From Anthoceros angustus (lineage: Eukaryota > Plantae > Anthocerotophyta), in the NCBI GenBank assembly GCA_010909165.1, contig MU008153.1, positions 682,001 through 746,000 on the forward strand: a stretch of 64,000 nucleotides of DNA, given 5' to 3'. The notes under the pieces are model-generated. The model made no database searches. It saw only the letters and a program-made list of their open reading frames with translations, and was not told the origin of the DNA. Each line of letters opens with the position of its first letter. Positions within the stretch are counted from its first letter, which is position 1. Positions 1-11,900 of the stretch are shown one piece after another. Position numbers and translations under genes: made by a program.

Positions 1-519
1 TCCTCTCCTCCTTCCACCAGCATGGCTGCCCCACCATCCTTCACACTTAGCCCTCGTGTCTTGCATCCACGAGGAGCAAAGCACTTATGAAACACTGTCA
101 GCCAGCGTGCGGTGGAATCGAAGCATGGCCGAGGCTCCGCGCTAGGCCGTCCCTGCGCCATCCCCCTCGGCGCCAGCGACATTCGATGTTCCTTTGTGCT
201 GAGGCGTAATCCCATGTTGTGGCTGTGATATCCTGTTGTGTCTCTATACCACTAGGATCCCATGGCTTTAGGATTTAGACTTGGGGACCCTATCCCTTTT
301 CTTGCTTGGAGACTTTGTTCCTTGCTTGGGCAAACTGTCTCTAGAATTGGGGGCTCTGTCCCTTCTTTTCTTTTGCATCTCGACCCATTCATTTGGACGC
401 ACTGGACTCCCTACGGCGAGTTCTACTGCGAGAGAGAACTTTTTGCACAATGGTAATGGTAATATATGCAATCCTTTAGAGTGGTATACTACCATGAATA
501 GCTCTACATCGCTAAATCT

Positions 520-800
520 TTTGCACACTGGAAACCATATATCATCAAGGCAAAAGATTACAATTGCGACAAGAATTACCATAAGTGTGAGAGTTAGAAC
601 CCCCAAAAGATTCAAAATGAACCCCAAAAAGATTACGTCAAGTAGTTGCGCCGGATAGGCAGACATGATCAAATATATTCAAAGTAAAAGATCGCAATTG
701 CAATGAGAATTATCATCCATGCGAAAGTTACATTCCTCAAAAAGATTCAAAACGAACCCCAACATGATTATGTCAAGCAACTGCGCCTTGGACTACGTCA
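520..800 (+). repeat. Imperfect ~135-bp tandem duplication, probably a fossil protein-coding repeat
   Basis: GATTCAAAA anchors at 609 and 744. Plus-frame translations KDYNCDKNYHKCES*NPQKIQNEPQKDYVK*LR and KDRNCNENYHPCESYIP(fs)KIQNEPQHDYVKQLR differ largely at third codon positions, and contain stops. Confidence 0.5.
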
Positions 801-1503
801 CATACCCTGCCTACCGACCGCGACTATCTATTTAATCCATTACGGGAATGAAGCTAAGGAATAACACACAGTAGTTTGGTATTCACCTGTAGACTATGGA
901 ATGTCTCAAACTGAAACGGTCTCACACTATAATTGGCTTATTGGCAAGTGTTTTGCTCACCGGAGCTTTTCCAACTGTTACTAGAATCACACACAAAATA
1001 GATTGTTGGATAGAGATTTGGCTGGAGAACTTTGATCATAAGATTTTAAATTTGAAAAAAAATTGAAAACTTAATTTAAAATAATATTTAAAAAATTATA
1101 CTTCTGAAAAACAGCCCGTGGTTCGGGGTTAAGAGTTCTGGGAGACGTCTAAAGGCGAGATCCGCATCCTATGAGTGAGCCATGTACATACCAAGCAAGG
1201 ATATGTATTGAGAGTTGGGAGGGTGGATAATAATAGTCAGGCGAAAGTTCTCAACGGCGAAAGCAACAGGCTTCGACGGCGGCGTAACTTCCACCAAATT
1301 GCAGAGAGGCGTAGACGTGATCAGGAGGAGGAGTGGAGGTGACGAAGTCGGGAGTAAGCGCTGTACGGCACGCGGGTTTGTGAACGTGAACACCCTTGAG
1401 CACCATTCCGATACGATACTTCGGCATATCACGTTCACCACACGTTGCGACTGGTGGATCTACCAACACTTCTGTTTGCCGCTGCGTCTACGCTGTTTGC
1501 GCG

Positions 1504-2891
1504 ATGTCTGCTTCTGGGATTCAGGGCCAGGTGCTCGAGCTCACGGGTAAGTGTTAGGCTATGCCGGCTGGATCATGTGTTCGTGCTGCTCGTGTCTCTG
1601 TGTTGCTCAGGTTTCCGTCTTGGTTAGCGGTGTGGGAAATGAGCAATTGGAGGAGGAAGCGAGGATGTGAAGGGGTGTTGCCGTGTTGTGGCAGTGGTTG
1701 GAGCGAGAAACCTGAGGGATAAAGAGTGGATCTCGCGGCAAGACCCCTACGTGATTGTCGAGTATGGCCACAACAGGTTTCGGACAAGGACTGATACAGG
1801 TGTGATGGCTTGCCTTTGTTTTGTTGCTCAGTGGCATATTGGAGGGACATGGAAGGTTTAAGTGAGCTGTGGTTTGGTCGTAAAATCAGATGGGGGAAAG
1901 AATCCATCGTTCAATGATAAGTTCGCGCTGCCGCTGATTGAGGGGCTCCGGGAGGTACATGTGCAAGTGTGGAACAGCAACATGACGTTCGACGACTTTA
2001 TTGGTTCTGGCAAGTAAGAGTTGCTGGATTGTAGGTTATGTGTTTGTTTATTTGTTTTGGCGTGGGGGTGAAGTTGTGGTGAGTGTGCTTGATGTGTATG
2101 CATTCGTGCAGGATATTGCTTGAGAAGGCGCTGTCAACGGGATATGACGACAGTGGCTGGAGTCTGTCGTCCAAGACAGGAAAGTGAGTGTCAGGGTTTG
2201 GAGTTTCGATTGCCTTGGCATTGAGGTGGTGAGGACGTGTCTGATTCGGGGGTAATTTTGGGTTTTGGTAGGCATGCGGGGGAGCTCTTGACGATCTTGC
2301 ACTTTTCAAATGCTGGAAAGGTTTGTTTTGTTGTGTGTTATTCTCTCGCTTGGTTATCTCAAGGTCCCGTGGTGTTTGACTTGTTGAAAGTTCGTGTAGT
2401 GAACCCTTGTTTTCTTCTTATTGGCCGCAGCAAGGGCAGAAAGTGAAGCCGGAGGCTTCACACTCCCAAGCAGCTGTATACTCTTATGTGCCACCTGCAC
2501 CGTACTATGCACCACCGCAGCCGGCATATGCTGGATATGCTCCTCCCTATGCTGCTCCTTCTGCCTATCCGGCTCCGAGCCCGTATGGTCCTCCCCCAGT
2601 CCAATATGCTGCAGTACCTCCTCCGCATATCCCCCCCCCTGTGCATGGTCCTCATGCCTATCCTTCAGGATACCCACAGCTACCAGGGTCGGGAGCAGCA
2701 TACTACGTTGCACCACCTCCAGCTGGGTACCCACCAGTATATCCAGGTGAGTTGCTTGTGTGTGTCGGTTTGAAGCCAACTGTAGATTTTGTTCTGTTGA
2801 ATGTCACTAATGGTAGTGTAAGTGAGTGGGGAGCTGCGTCTGAACCTGAAACTGTGGTCTGGCTTTGGCAGGTTACCCACCGCAACGGTAG
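1504..2891 (+). CDS. C2-domain (CaLB) protein with Pro/Tyr-rich C-terminal tail, 7 exons
   Basis: Spliced reading MSASGIQGQVLELT|VVGARNLRDKEWISRQDPYVIVEYG..|DGGKNPSFNDKF..VWNSN..DDFIGSGK|..|..YPPVYPG|YPPQR*. All introns are GT-AG. DPYV and NP.FN are C2 motifs. Confidence 0.9.
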
Positions 2892-4054
2892 AGGGCAGTG
2901 TGGGCTTCCGCAACAATATAGGTAAGGCTCAAAGCTCCTGAGTAGGCAAGGGGTCTTTTTCTTTCATGTGGAACCGCTCCACTCCACTACTGCCCTCTCC
3001 ATCATCATTGCATGTAAAGAAAGCTTGGCAGGCCTTCCTGGTCATTTAAGGAAATGAGATTGTGTTGGGTTGCAGATGTCCTGGTCATTGATACCAGATT
3101 CTCAAATTCGGCGATGCAGGACAGGTACGAAGTTGGAAAATTTCAGATTCCACCTTCAATCTATTGCACTGAATTTATGATCGCGAAAAACAGGCCTTAG
3201 GCGATATTGCAGTTGTCTTACATGTACAAGTCCTCAAGGTCGTTGGGAAGGGAAGGAGAGCAAAAGTTGAAAACGAAGAGAGCCCCTGATACGAATTGAA
3301 GGCCGATTGCAGTTAATTCAATGCAACATGATCTATGTAGAACGATATCGATATGATGCGCAGTGCGCAAGCCATTTGGCCAGCTTATTGTTAACGGTCT
3401 CCGTGTTGGCAGAGCATCTATCTTGTATGCTTATTCTTCTAAAAAAAATTTCGGTTTTGAATAGACCACGACAAGGCTGTGAGCTTCTCACCTCGCTCAA
3501 CTGGTCCTGACTATCTTTGAGTCAGGCCCTGACATCTCTCTGCTCTCAACTATTTCGGGAAATTATGGCGAGTGGAATCTGACTCTGATGACGAGATAGA
3601 TGGCACTGCAGTAGAGCAAGCTGCTGCGTGAGCAGCTCCAAGGACAATTTCAAAGGCAGGAAATGCACCCAAGGGCGAACTTGTCTACCGACGTCTTCAC
3701 GGTGCAGCAGTTAGACCTGTTGGCATGAACGAAAATGCTTCCCGATGCTGATTCCCAGTCTTCGAACTGCAAGACAAAAGAACCCTAGTCCCAGGTTGAG
3801 CATTCCTTAGTACCGGAAGCTCACACTCCATCACTTCATTGCCACAGTATCGACAACAGGGCTCAATGACAGGTTTGCATTATCTCTAAATTGCAAAGAT
3901 ATGTACAATTACAACTCTGTCGAGGAAAATGACGACACAACCCATGGTAGAGTCAGCGCCGGGTACTGAGGGGCACATTTGTCCCCCGTCGCAAAATAGT
4001 AGAGACGTATGTACAGGAGTAGTCATGTAATGTACATTGCCTTACAAGTTGGGT

Positions 4055-6664
4055 TCAGGAATGTACTCCTTCCTTAAAAGGACTGGCCTCCTCTCCTAGC
4101 TGTTGCAATGCCAGACCAACCTGCAAGAAACCGCTAGGACTGAGAGTCAGCACAGGGCTAGAATGGAATGCAGAAGTAGAATAAGACTGGCTTGCTTCGA
4201 ACTGACAAATGATGTAAGAAGGGATCCGAGCCTCACTTGTATGGTTTCCCGAGTGAGAAAGTCTGAAATTGCAGCTCGAAAGTCTACGTCTGTGATGAAG
4301 TGGGAGCTGTAGGTTGCAGTAGGAAGGTACCCACGTTGTATTTTGTGCTCCCCTTGCGCTCCAGCTTCTACGCTTTTAAGTCCCCACTCGATGGCTGCAT
4401 CTATTGCCTGGAGAAAGACGTGAGGGGACGGCTTGTGGCTCAGAGGTACTTATTCAGCGGTATAGCTACAAGTAGACATTAATCGGCAGGTAGTTGGACA
4501 AGTCATACATACCTGATAATAGCAGGTCTCAAAGTGAAGGTTGGGGTAATGGACGTAAGGACTGCAGCCCCAATTGCGTCCATAAATTGTATCACCACCA
4601 ACAAGGTTAAGAGCCCCGGCAACAAGCTGCCCTTCTTCTTCTGCTACTACAAGAAGTACACGATCTCCCAGACGAGAACCCAAGATATGAAAAAAATCCC
4701 GGGTAAGATATGCCTGTCCCCACCTGGCGCCATTCTATGCATGAGAGACCTTCACTGTCTGCTGATAACAGCAAGGATACTGAAAAGGAGATGTTTGTGC
4801 TTACTTGTTGTCAGTTGTGTTCCGATAGAATTTGTAAAAAGCATCCCAGTGGTATGGCTGGACATGACGACAGGCGTCAGATTCTGGAGTTCATTCTGGT
4901 CTGTACAAACATCCATGAGCCAATGTAGTCCCATTTGCTGCCCAGGTTGACTGACCTTGATATCGTCTCCCCGCAGTCTTTTCAGGGTGAGGTTTTGAGC
5001 TAAAATCTGTCACAATATCAAAACCACTCGACAGGTCCACGCAGTTCTCCTTGGTGTCATCAAGGAGTATGCATGACAGTAGAAATAGGCCAGTCCTACC
5101 TTCTTCCGTTCCTGACGTATGGCCTTTCTCTTACTTTGTTTAAGGTCCATCAGAAAATCATCAAAGCTGCGAACAAAAAAGAAGGCCAAACAAGTACGTT
5201 AGGAGAATGATCACCAAATCAATTGCTTTACTGCCATCAAAGAAGGACCAGAAGCAGCTACCTCTTGTAGTTCCGGTTCTTCCAGTGATACTGCATGCCA
5301 ATGCGCTTCAGGAACCCATGCTGACCCATCTTCTCCCAATCATCTTTTGTTGGGAACGTCACATGCAACGAAGACACGCCAAACTGGCCAGCGTACAGCT
5401 GTTAGTCGTGGCTGCATTGCTAGTCCCTCGTATAACCAGGCAGATACAGCTGAAGAAAGAGAGAACCAAAAACTCATTGTCCACAGTCTTACTTGCTCAG
5501 CTAGCTGTTGCATGGCTTTGCACAGACCACCAAAAACCATGTCCCTATTGGCCACACTGCGAATCAAGATACGAGGCCCCGTGGCAGGTGTGAAAGGCAC
5601 ACAAGACTGCAGCTTTGGGTAATATCTTCCCCCGTATCGAAGGTAGGCATTTGCCCACGAATGGTCAAAGACATACTCACCATACGAATGACTGAAACAA
5701 CAGAACGTAAAACATGTTTCAGCTTCCAATAATCACGCTGAATAAAGGGGCCCAACACTGTCACAACTGCTTAATGATCCTGGACGACAACACAGGAGCT
5801 GAATAAACAGAAGTACCTTTTCAAGTACATAGGTACAACTCCCAGTACATTTCCCTCATCATCACGTGCAACCAGATGTTGAGGAAGCCACCCTTCCTCC
5901 TGTATCAATGACGGTGGTTTTCAGAACTATCAAAGTCATCCAAACTGTGAAAAACTTGATGTGCCCAGACTCCTCCTTTTCAATTTCAGTCCTGCATCAA
6001 GTAAGGAGATACCTGCGAAACACTTTTGCTCTCCTCCAGGCTCAGCAAGAAGGCATGTGATATGAAGGGATTGGCTGCCTCCGCGCCTGTTGCACCCAAG
6101 GCGCATGCGTCCCACTCCTGCTCCGATATCAAGGCTATGGAAGATACTACCGACACTGTAATAGTAGAAGTCGCTTGTGCCACATCGGTTATCTGCTCTC
6201 GGGTGCCCTGCATAACATACGAGGTGGGCTCAATGTGACCAACACCCAATCCCGCTGGTGACTGCAAGTCCACTACAAAATACTATTGCAGTGAGAACAG
6301 ACGTAATCCGCTAGAGAAAACCAGTACGTCTGTACTTGATTGCGTAATCTGCTCGGAGCATATAATAAAATCCCGCTGAGGAGGTGCGCTCAACTGCCTG
6401 CTTCTGTTCCCACCCCAGAAGATAGCACGGATCCTGATTGCATTCTTCCTGTTCTTCAACCTCGTCGAATTGCCCTGAAACCCAATATCAGAATTCAATC
6501 TCTCGACTCCAGTAGCACCTCACCTTCGCCCACAAGGAATAAATGCTCACAGTCTGGTCGAGCCGGTGGAGTGCTGCAGAGGACAGGAATGGCGGGCTAC
6601 AGCAGGACTGCCAAGCAATAGCTGTGGGTGCAGAGGTGGAGAGGAGCTGAAGACCGCCCGCCAT
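4055..6664 (-). CDS. DUF482 / FemAB-like GNAT-fold protein (AT2G23390-like), N-terminus resembles an organelle transit peptide, multi-exon
   Basis: Exons encode ISEQEWDACA..NPFISHAFLLSLEES, LVAGALNLVGGDTIYGRNWGC..LHFETCYYQ and VEAGAQGEHKIQRGYLP. Last exon VGLALQQLGEEASPFKEGVHS* ends at 4055. Confidence 0.88.
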
Positions 6665-7021
6665 GGCTAGCTCCCCTACCACAGGGCGACGTCACCAAAC
6701 GCCTGCTGTAGGCCAAGGATGCGCCATGCGGAATGCCAACAATGCGTTCCTGCGGCCCTCAGTCCGGACAGAGGAACCTAGACAGAGAAGCGAGCAGACC
6801 AAAAGGCAAATGAATGTCTTTATTGAATTGGTGGCTGGGAATAAACATACACTGATGATTGAGAAAGCCATAGTTTATTTGGGAATACTCCTGTGTGATG
6901 CTCCTATACGCTTGTGTGAAAGTGGTGTGTGTGTGCTGTGCCCAGGTATGGGGACGAAGAATACCGCAGCTGAACATCTACCACCAAAAATTCGTTGAGA
7001 CCACAGGCTCGTTAACAGTCC

Positions 7022-8536
7022 TCAAGACGGTTGTGAGTTATCAGCTTGCCCGTCAAGGACTGATGAAGAGGATAGCTGGGAAGGCTCCAGAAGGGGCACT
7101 GCAAAGGGGATGTGGGTGTTGAAGAGTGTGATCACACCACCGTGGAGGGCATTACTGTTCAGCTCGGGTATACCTTTGTAGTAACCTTGTCTTCTCATCG
7201 CACTGTGTACCTTCCGCCTAACATGAAATAGAGGACAGGAGAGGTTCTTAGTTGCCGAAGTGGCAAATCAGGCAACTACAAGATGCTGGGAATTAAACCA
7301 CAGTGACCCCTGCTTACCAGTAACGAGTCGTGGAAAGATGGTGCCAAAACTGAGGACCTCCATTGTGAGTGCGCGCAAGAGTCTCGGAATCTCCGTACTC
7401 AAGGGCCCACGGACACCAGCGTAACCAATAGTTGATCACGGTGCGTTCTGCATACTCCACCTCCTCGCAATCAGCGTAATTGGCCAGATGACTGGCTTGC
7501 CACCAAGCATCCGTGTGATAAGGAGTGCTGAGGACCAACAGATGTGCTGCTATGCTTAGGATCGGTGAAGGAGGACAACCGTGATCAATGCAAACGAAAG
7601 CCGTGCGACCTAACCAGATTGCCCCGTCTTGGATCAAGGAGATCTTCACCTTATCTGCAAAGGACCGATGCTGAGACCTCCGTCTCCAACAGGAGCAGGC
7701 ATGATGAAGCTTGTCTCCACATGTCTCAAAGCGTTGAGTAAGATCCTGTACCGCTCCCGATAGTCATCGATGTCACTTGTCTCTGTACGCAAAAGAAGAC
7801 GAAGACAAGACATCAAGCACTGCAAAAAAAACATCTTCCGAATTGCATAGCCACAGATCGGCAGCAGCAAGACGCAGATCCTTCACAAAACCAGACCTTT
7901 CGGAGGAGGAAAGACGTCGAAGAACTTGGCGTTGGCGACAGCAGCTAATCCCTTGATTTTGGCCTTGACAGCCTTGAAATTCCAGCCCGGCCAGCGCCTC
8001 GGCACTTCCACTGCCTCTTCCGGAATCAGCAGACGGTCGCCGGGGTAGAGCACGTCCGGAACGCTGCCGTTCACCTCCTGCAGCTCCTCCACCGTGAGGC
8101 CGAAGCGCTCCGAGATCTCCCATGCCGAGTCGCCGGGCTCCACAACCACAGCCTTCGTCCGCCTGCAACGCGTGGGAGCTGCGGGTGGATCCGCGCTGCT
8201 GGGAGGCCCTAGAGCGGCTGCGGGAAGTGCCACGGGCTTGGCCAGCGACAATGCGACGGATGCAGCTGCCAATCCTGGTCCGGAAGACGCAAGAGTTGAG
8301 GCGAGCGAAGCGGGTGCGGCACAAGAGGAAGGCAGGCATGCAGAGGAGGAGGATGGCCGGGGTGGCACCTTGAGCACTTCGCCGGTGAAGATGAGGTCTG
8401 AGTGGAGGTTGTTCTCCAGCTGGAGATGGCGCCAGGGTACGCCCAGACGCTCCGCCAACGTCCACAGCGTGTCTCCTTCCTCAACCACGACAACCCCGCT
8501 GCCGGCGAACCTGTCGCCAGGCGACGCCATCGCCAT
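7022..8536 (-). CDS. Two LysM domains fused to an invertebrate-type (destabilase-like) lysozyme domain; exons 8536-7897, 7782-7650, 7527-7318, 7217-7022
   Basis: LysM1 VVVEEGDTLWTLAERLGVPWRHLQLENNLHSDLIFTGEVLKVP and LysM2 VVEPGDSAWEISERFGLTVEELQEVNG..LYPGDRLLIP. Phase-compatible GT-AG splicing then gives LLNALRHVETS..VGDGGLSIGPLQIS.PYHTDAW..YADCEEVEYAERTVINYW..LARTHNGGP..STTRYWRKV. Confidence 0.85.
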
Positions 8537-8747
8537 AGCCGTCGCACCTAACCTTCCTCCTCCTCTTCCTCCCCGCCAGATTGCATTATTGGTGCTCCTA
8601 AATGCTTTCACGCCAAAGACAGACGAACCGAAATAGCCATCTGCTGCACTAATGGCTGTCGTTGTAGTAACAGTCTTGCTCGACTATGTGAAACTTCGGA
8701 TAAAAGCATAACTAGGTGGACCACACGCAAGTTTTGTAAACTATAAC

Positions 8748-8819
8748 TAGACCCAACGTGAATCGAACACGCAACTTTCTGAGTTGGAGTCAGACGCGCT
8801 ACCATTGCGCGACGGAAAA
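8748..8819 (-). pseudogene. Degenerate tRNA-Trp(CCA) relic
   Basis: Minus strand has GCGCAATGGTAGCGC (D arm), TCTGA-CTCCAAC-TCAGA (anticodon arm, CCA) and GCGTG-TTCGATT-CACGT (T arm), matching plant cytosolic tRNA-Trp. The acceptor stem is broken (TTTTCCG versus TGGGTCT). Confidence 0.8.
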
Positions 8820-8967
8820 TTAATGTACATAAGTTGTATTACAAAGGGAATAAACTAACTAGCTATCCGGGCCTAGCTTCTCTTACCAAGTGGGTGGGCA
8901 CTGGGCAGGGATTAATAAAGAACACTGACGGCTTTATTTGTTTCGTCAAAACAAAACCCCTCAGAAA

Positions 8968-11900
8968 CTAGCTTGCAGCTGTGGGGAGAGGTGGGAAATC
9001 CCGGGGCTCCATAGAAAGTCTTACCCGCTGGCTGAACCTTGCCAAAATCTGGTCTATTTGATATTCTGCATTGTCCACTATGGACTGAGATCGCTCACCC
9101 AGGAAAAGTGGAGCTGGTGTCCATATCTCGAAAGGATCTGGGGCGCGAATGGCAGTAGTATCCTTAGCTTTGGCAAGTTCACCCTGGCTTACTTCTCGGT
9201 TTGGTGGCACTGCAGCAGTCCTGGGCCTGTTGCTGACGGCATACTGCTCAACAATGTTGTCCAACCTAGGTCTCTTGTAGAAGTACCCACCTGAGAAGGA
9301 ACTCTCCGTAGCATAAAGTCGCGCCTGAGCTGCAATGGTGGGATCTCTGGGAAATACATAGACTATAGGGGGCGGCTCACTGCACAGTAATGATAGTCGA
9401 GAGTGGAAGATTCTTCTGAAGACTTCAGGCCAGATGGGCACCACCGACGCTCCCCCAGACCCCAACCACTTGACTTCACAGCTGGTTTGCAGGATCTCTT
9501 CTACCTCTTCCTTCACCGCCATGTTGGCTTGTGCTCTGCCATCGAGCTGGCACAGGTATCGCTGCAAAACATGAGATGTTGCAGTTTTCTGTGCACTGAT
9601 GTCTTGAACCACGTCTACTGTTGTGGTTGGTGCGTGATGCTTCCTGGAACCCCCTTCCTTGGAATCCATCACAGGAAATGGAGGCAACACACAATACTGG
9701 AGCACCTGCAGCATTGGGTTGAGAGTCGCTGGTAGATTCCATCCATGTCTCGGGAAATTTTTGTGTTCATAGAACACGGACTTCACTTCTGGTGGAGGCC
9801 AATGCAAGGCGGAAGAACCGGCAGTCTTTGATATATCCATTGCTGCCTGCCACAAAGCTCGATTGAAAGAAAGAATACAGTCTTGGGGCGTGACTGGTGA
9901 GACGGACCTCAGAGACTTTGACTCAACTGCCAAGTGCTCTAACACAAGGTCTCGAAGGTGTAAGGGGCAGATATTTGGCTGCTTTGGGGACCGTTCAACC
10001 AGCCACCCCACACCATCCTGCAAAGCCTTGTCATCCAAAAATGCATTTTCAGACTTCTCCTCTCCTGCCTTGCCAATAAAGACAACAGCGAAATAAGCAA
10101 CCTGACTGCTGGGGAAGTCCTGAATTTGTAGAATACTTGCTAAAGCAGATTCAGCAGTCTCCCCTCCCAGTTCCTGCTTCTCCCAAGACTGTTGTCTCCA
10201 TCGGCTGGACGCAATCACGAGCAGAGGCAATCGGGCCCCAGGTGTTATTGACTCGACCAGAGCCCGCAGCCGTGTCCGCTCCTCAATTATAGGGACTGTG
10301 TCCACCAACAGAAACAAGACTCCAGAGGCTCCATAAAACGACTCCTTAGAGTCAACGCTATCTACACCAAGTCCTACATCTCTGGCAATATAACTGAGGA
10401 CCACACCGTTCAGCTCTGCAACCTCCACTGTGACGGAGCTGGCTTGATCTTGAAGGTCCACACTATTAGAGCTCTGCAGCTGTGTCTGGCTCTTCAAAGA
10501 ATGTGCTGTGACCTTGGTCCATAACCACCTCCCCAAGCGCCGCAACTGCTTCCCGTATAGGCCATTTTGGTCTCCCATATCCCTCACCCTGGAGCAGACA
10601 ACCAGCTTCCAGCAGATGCATGTTGCTGCAGGGTTGTTCTTAACCAAGGTGGCAGAAGTGAGCAACAGAATATCCAAACCTGCCCACATCTGTTCAAGAT
10701 TTTCCTTGCGAGTCTTGTACACCTGATTGAAATTGAGTTCTCTCAAGTCCAGCTCGTCGAAATTGAATACATCTTCAAAACTCTGAAACACCAAACCAAC
10801 TGAAAAAGTAAGGCCACCAATACACCCAAATTTACATTTGTCTGGACTAGCACACATTACAAGCTGTAAACTCACATTCTGCCCTCGCAAAGGCGGTCCA
10901 GCTGACAGTGACAGGAGGGCTGCCTGTGCCCTTTCTCTGCGACGCCGTTTCAGTTCCAGCGATGCTTTTGTCCTCGACTTCCATCTCTTCATCCAGAGTC
11001 GTGTCAATCCAAGATATGCTTCTTTTCTCTCTGCGGCTATCCTCAATTTCTGCTCTTCCTCCTCCTGCCTCTTCTTCTCAGCAGCAAAGGCTTCTAGCCT
11101 CCTGCGCTCATCGTCCTCAGCCTTCCTCTGCCGTGCAATTTCCTCGGCTCTCCTTTGAGCAGCTACTTGTTCCCTATAGTGGGCAGCTTCACGTTCTCTT
11201 TGTCGTTCAGCTTCTTCTGCTCTTACTTCAGCCCATATACGTGCAGCTTCTAGAGCCCTTTCCTGCGCTTGCCTTTCCAATTCCCTCCGATAGATCTCTT
11301 CATCCCTTTCTCGACCAGCAACTCCAGCCATGTCAACCTGTATCTGTTGCTCCTGTGGTTCCAGATCCCTACGGACCCTCCTAATTCTGTCACTCCCCAC
11401 TTCAACATCAGAATCACCTTTTCTTTTCGACCGCTGTGGACTTCGCTCATGTTCCACAACCATCTGAATCTCAGGGTGGCCTGCACTGCCTACTTGCTGC
11501 TCCTCTTCATAGTCCGGCATATCTTCTTCAGGGGCTGGAGAACTCGGTGATGGAAGAGGCAAACCAGGATCATACTTCCTCTCAACAACAGAATGCTTCG
11601 AAGGCATAATGTTGGATTGGAATCTGCCATAATTTTGCACATCTGCAACCACTGTAGTAGACCGCTTCTCTACAACCAATTGAGAACGTCGAGTGGGAAA
11701 GGGGGTCTCAGGGATCACGTAGGGACCTTCTTTAACCAGATATTTCTTTTCATAATCCTTGACAGCAAAGCCAACTGACTCGCTATACCCAATCAAAGTG
11801 TCTGGATTGTCCTCCTGCAAGAGCAGGAGGAGCACAAAGACATAATATCAGGGCCATCAAAACCAGAACAATCGCATGCAAGAATGCACCAAACCATGTG

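Noticed and set aside
268-672. 134-aa hydrophobic minus-strand ORF as a membrane protein gene
   Set aside because: The substitution pattern between repeat copies favours the opposite strand as the ancestral coding frame.
3550-3900. Possible small gene between the C2 and DUF482 genes (VESDSDDEIDG..)
   Set aside because: Frames are broken by stops with no recognisable domain. It is most likely convergent 3' UTR or decayed sequence.
4055-8536. Bacterial contaminant or operon explanation for the peptidoglycan-related genes
   Set aside because: Both genes have spliceosomal introns and are embedded among typical plant nuclear genes.
7773-8636. Long alternative-frame and antisense ORFs over the LysM exon (also over the SAC3B, PPR, VPS3, RIQ2 and PAM68 exons)
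   Set aside because: These are shadows of GC-rich coding exons with no recognisable motifs.
8748-8819. Functional tRNA-Trp gene
   Set aside because: The acceptor stem cannot pair, so it is reported as a relic.
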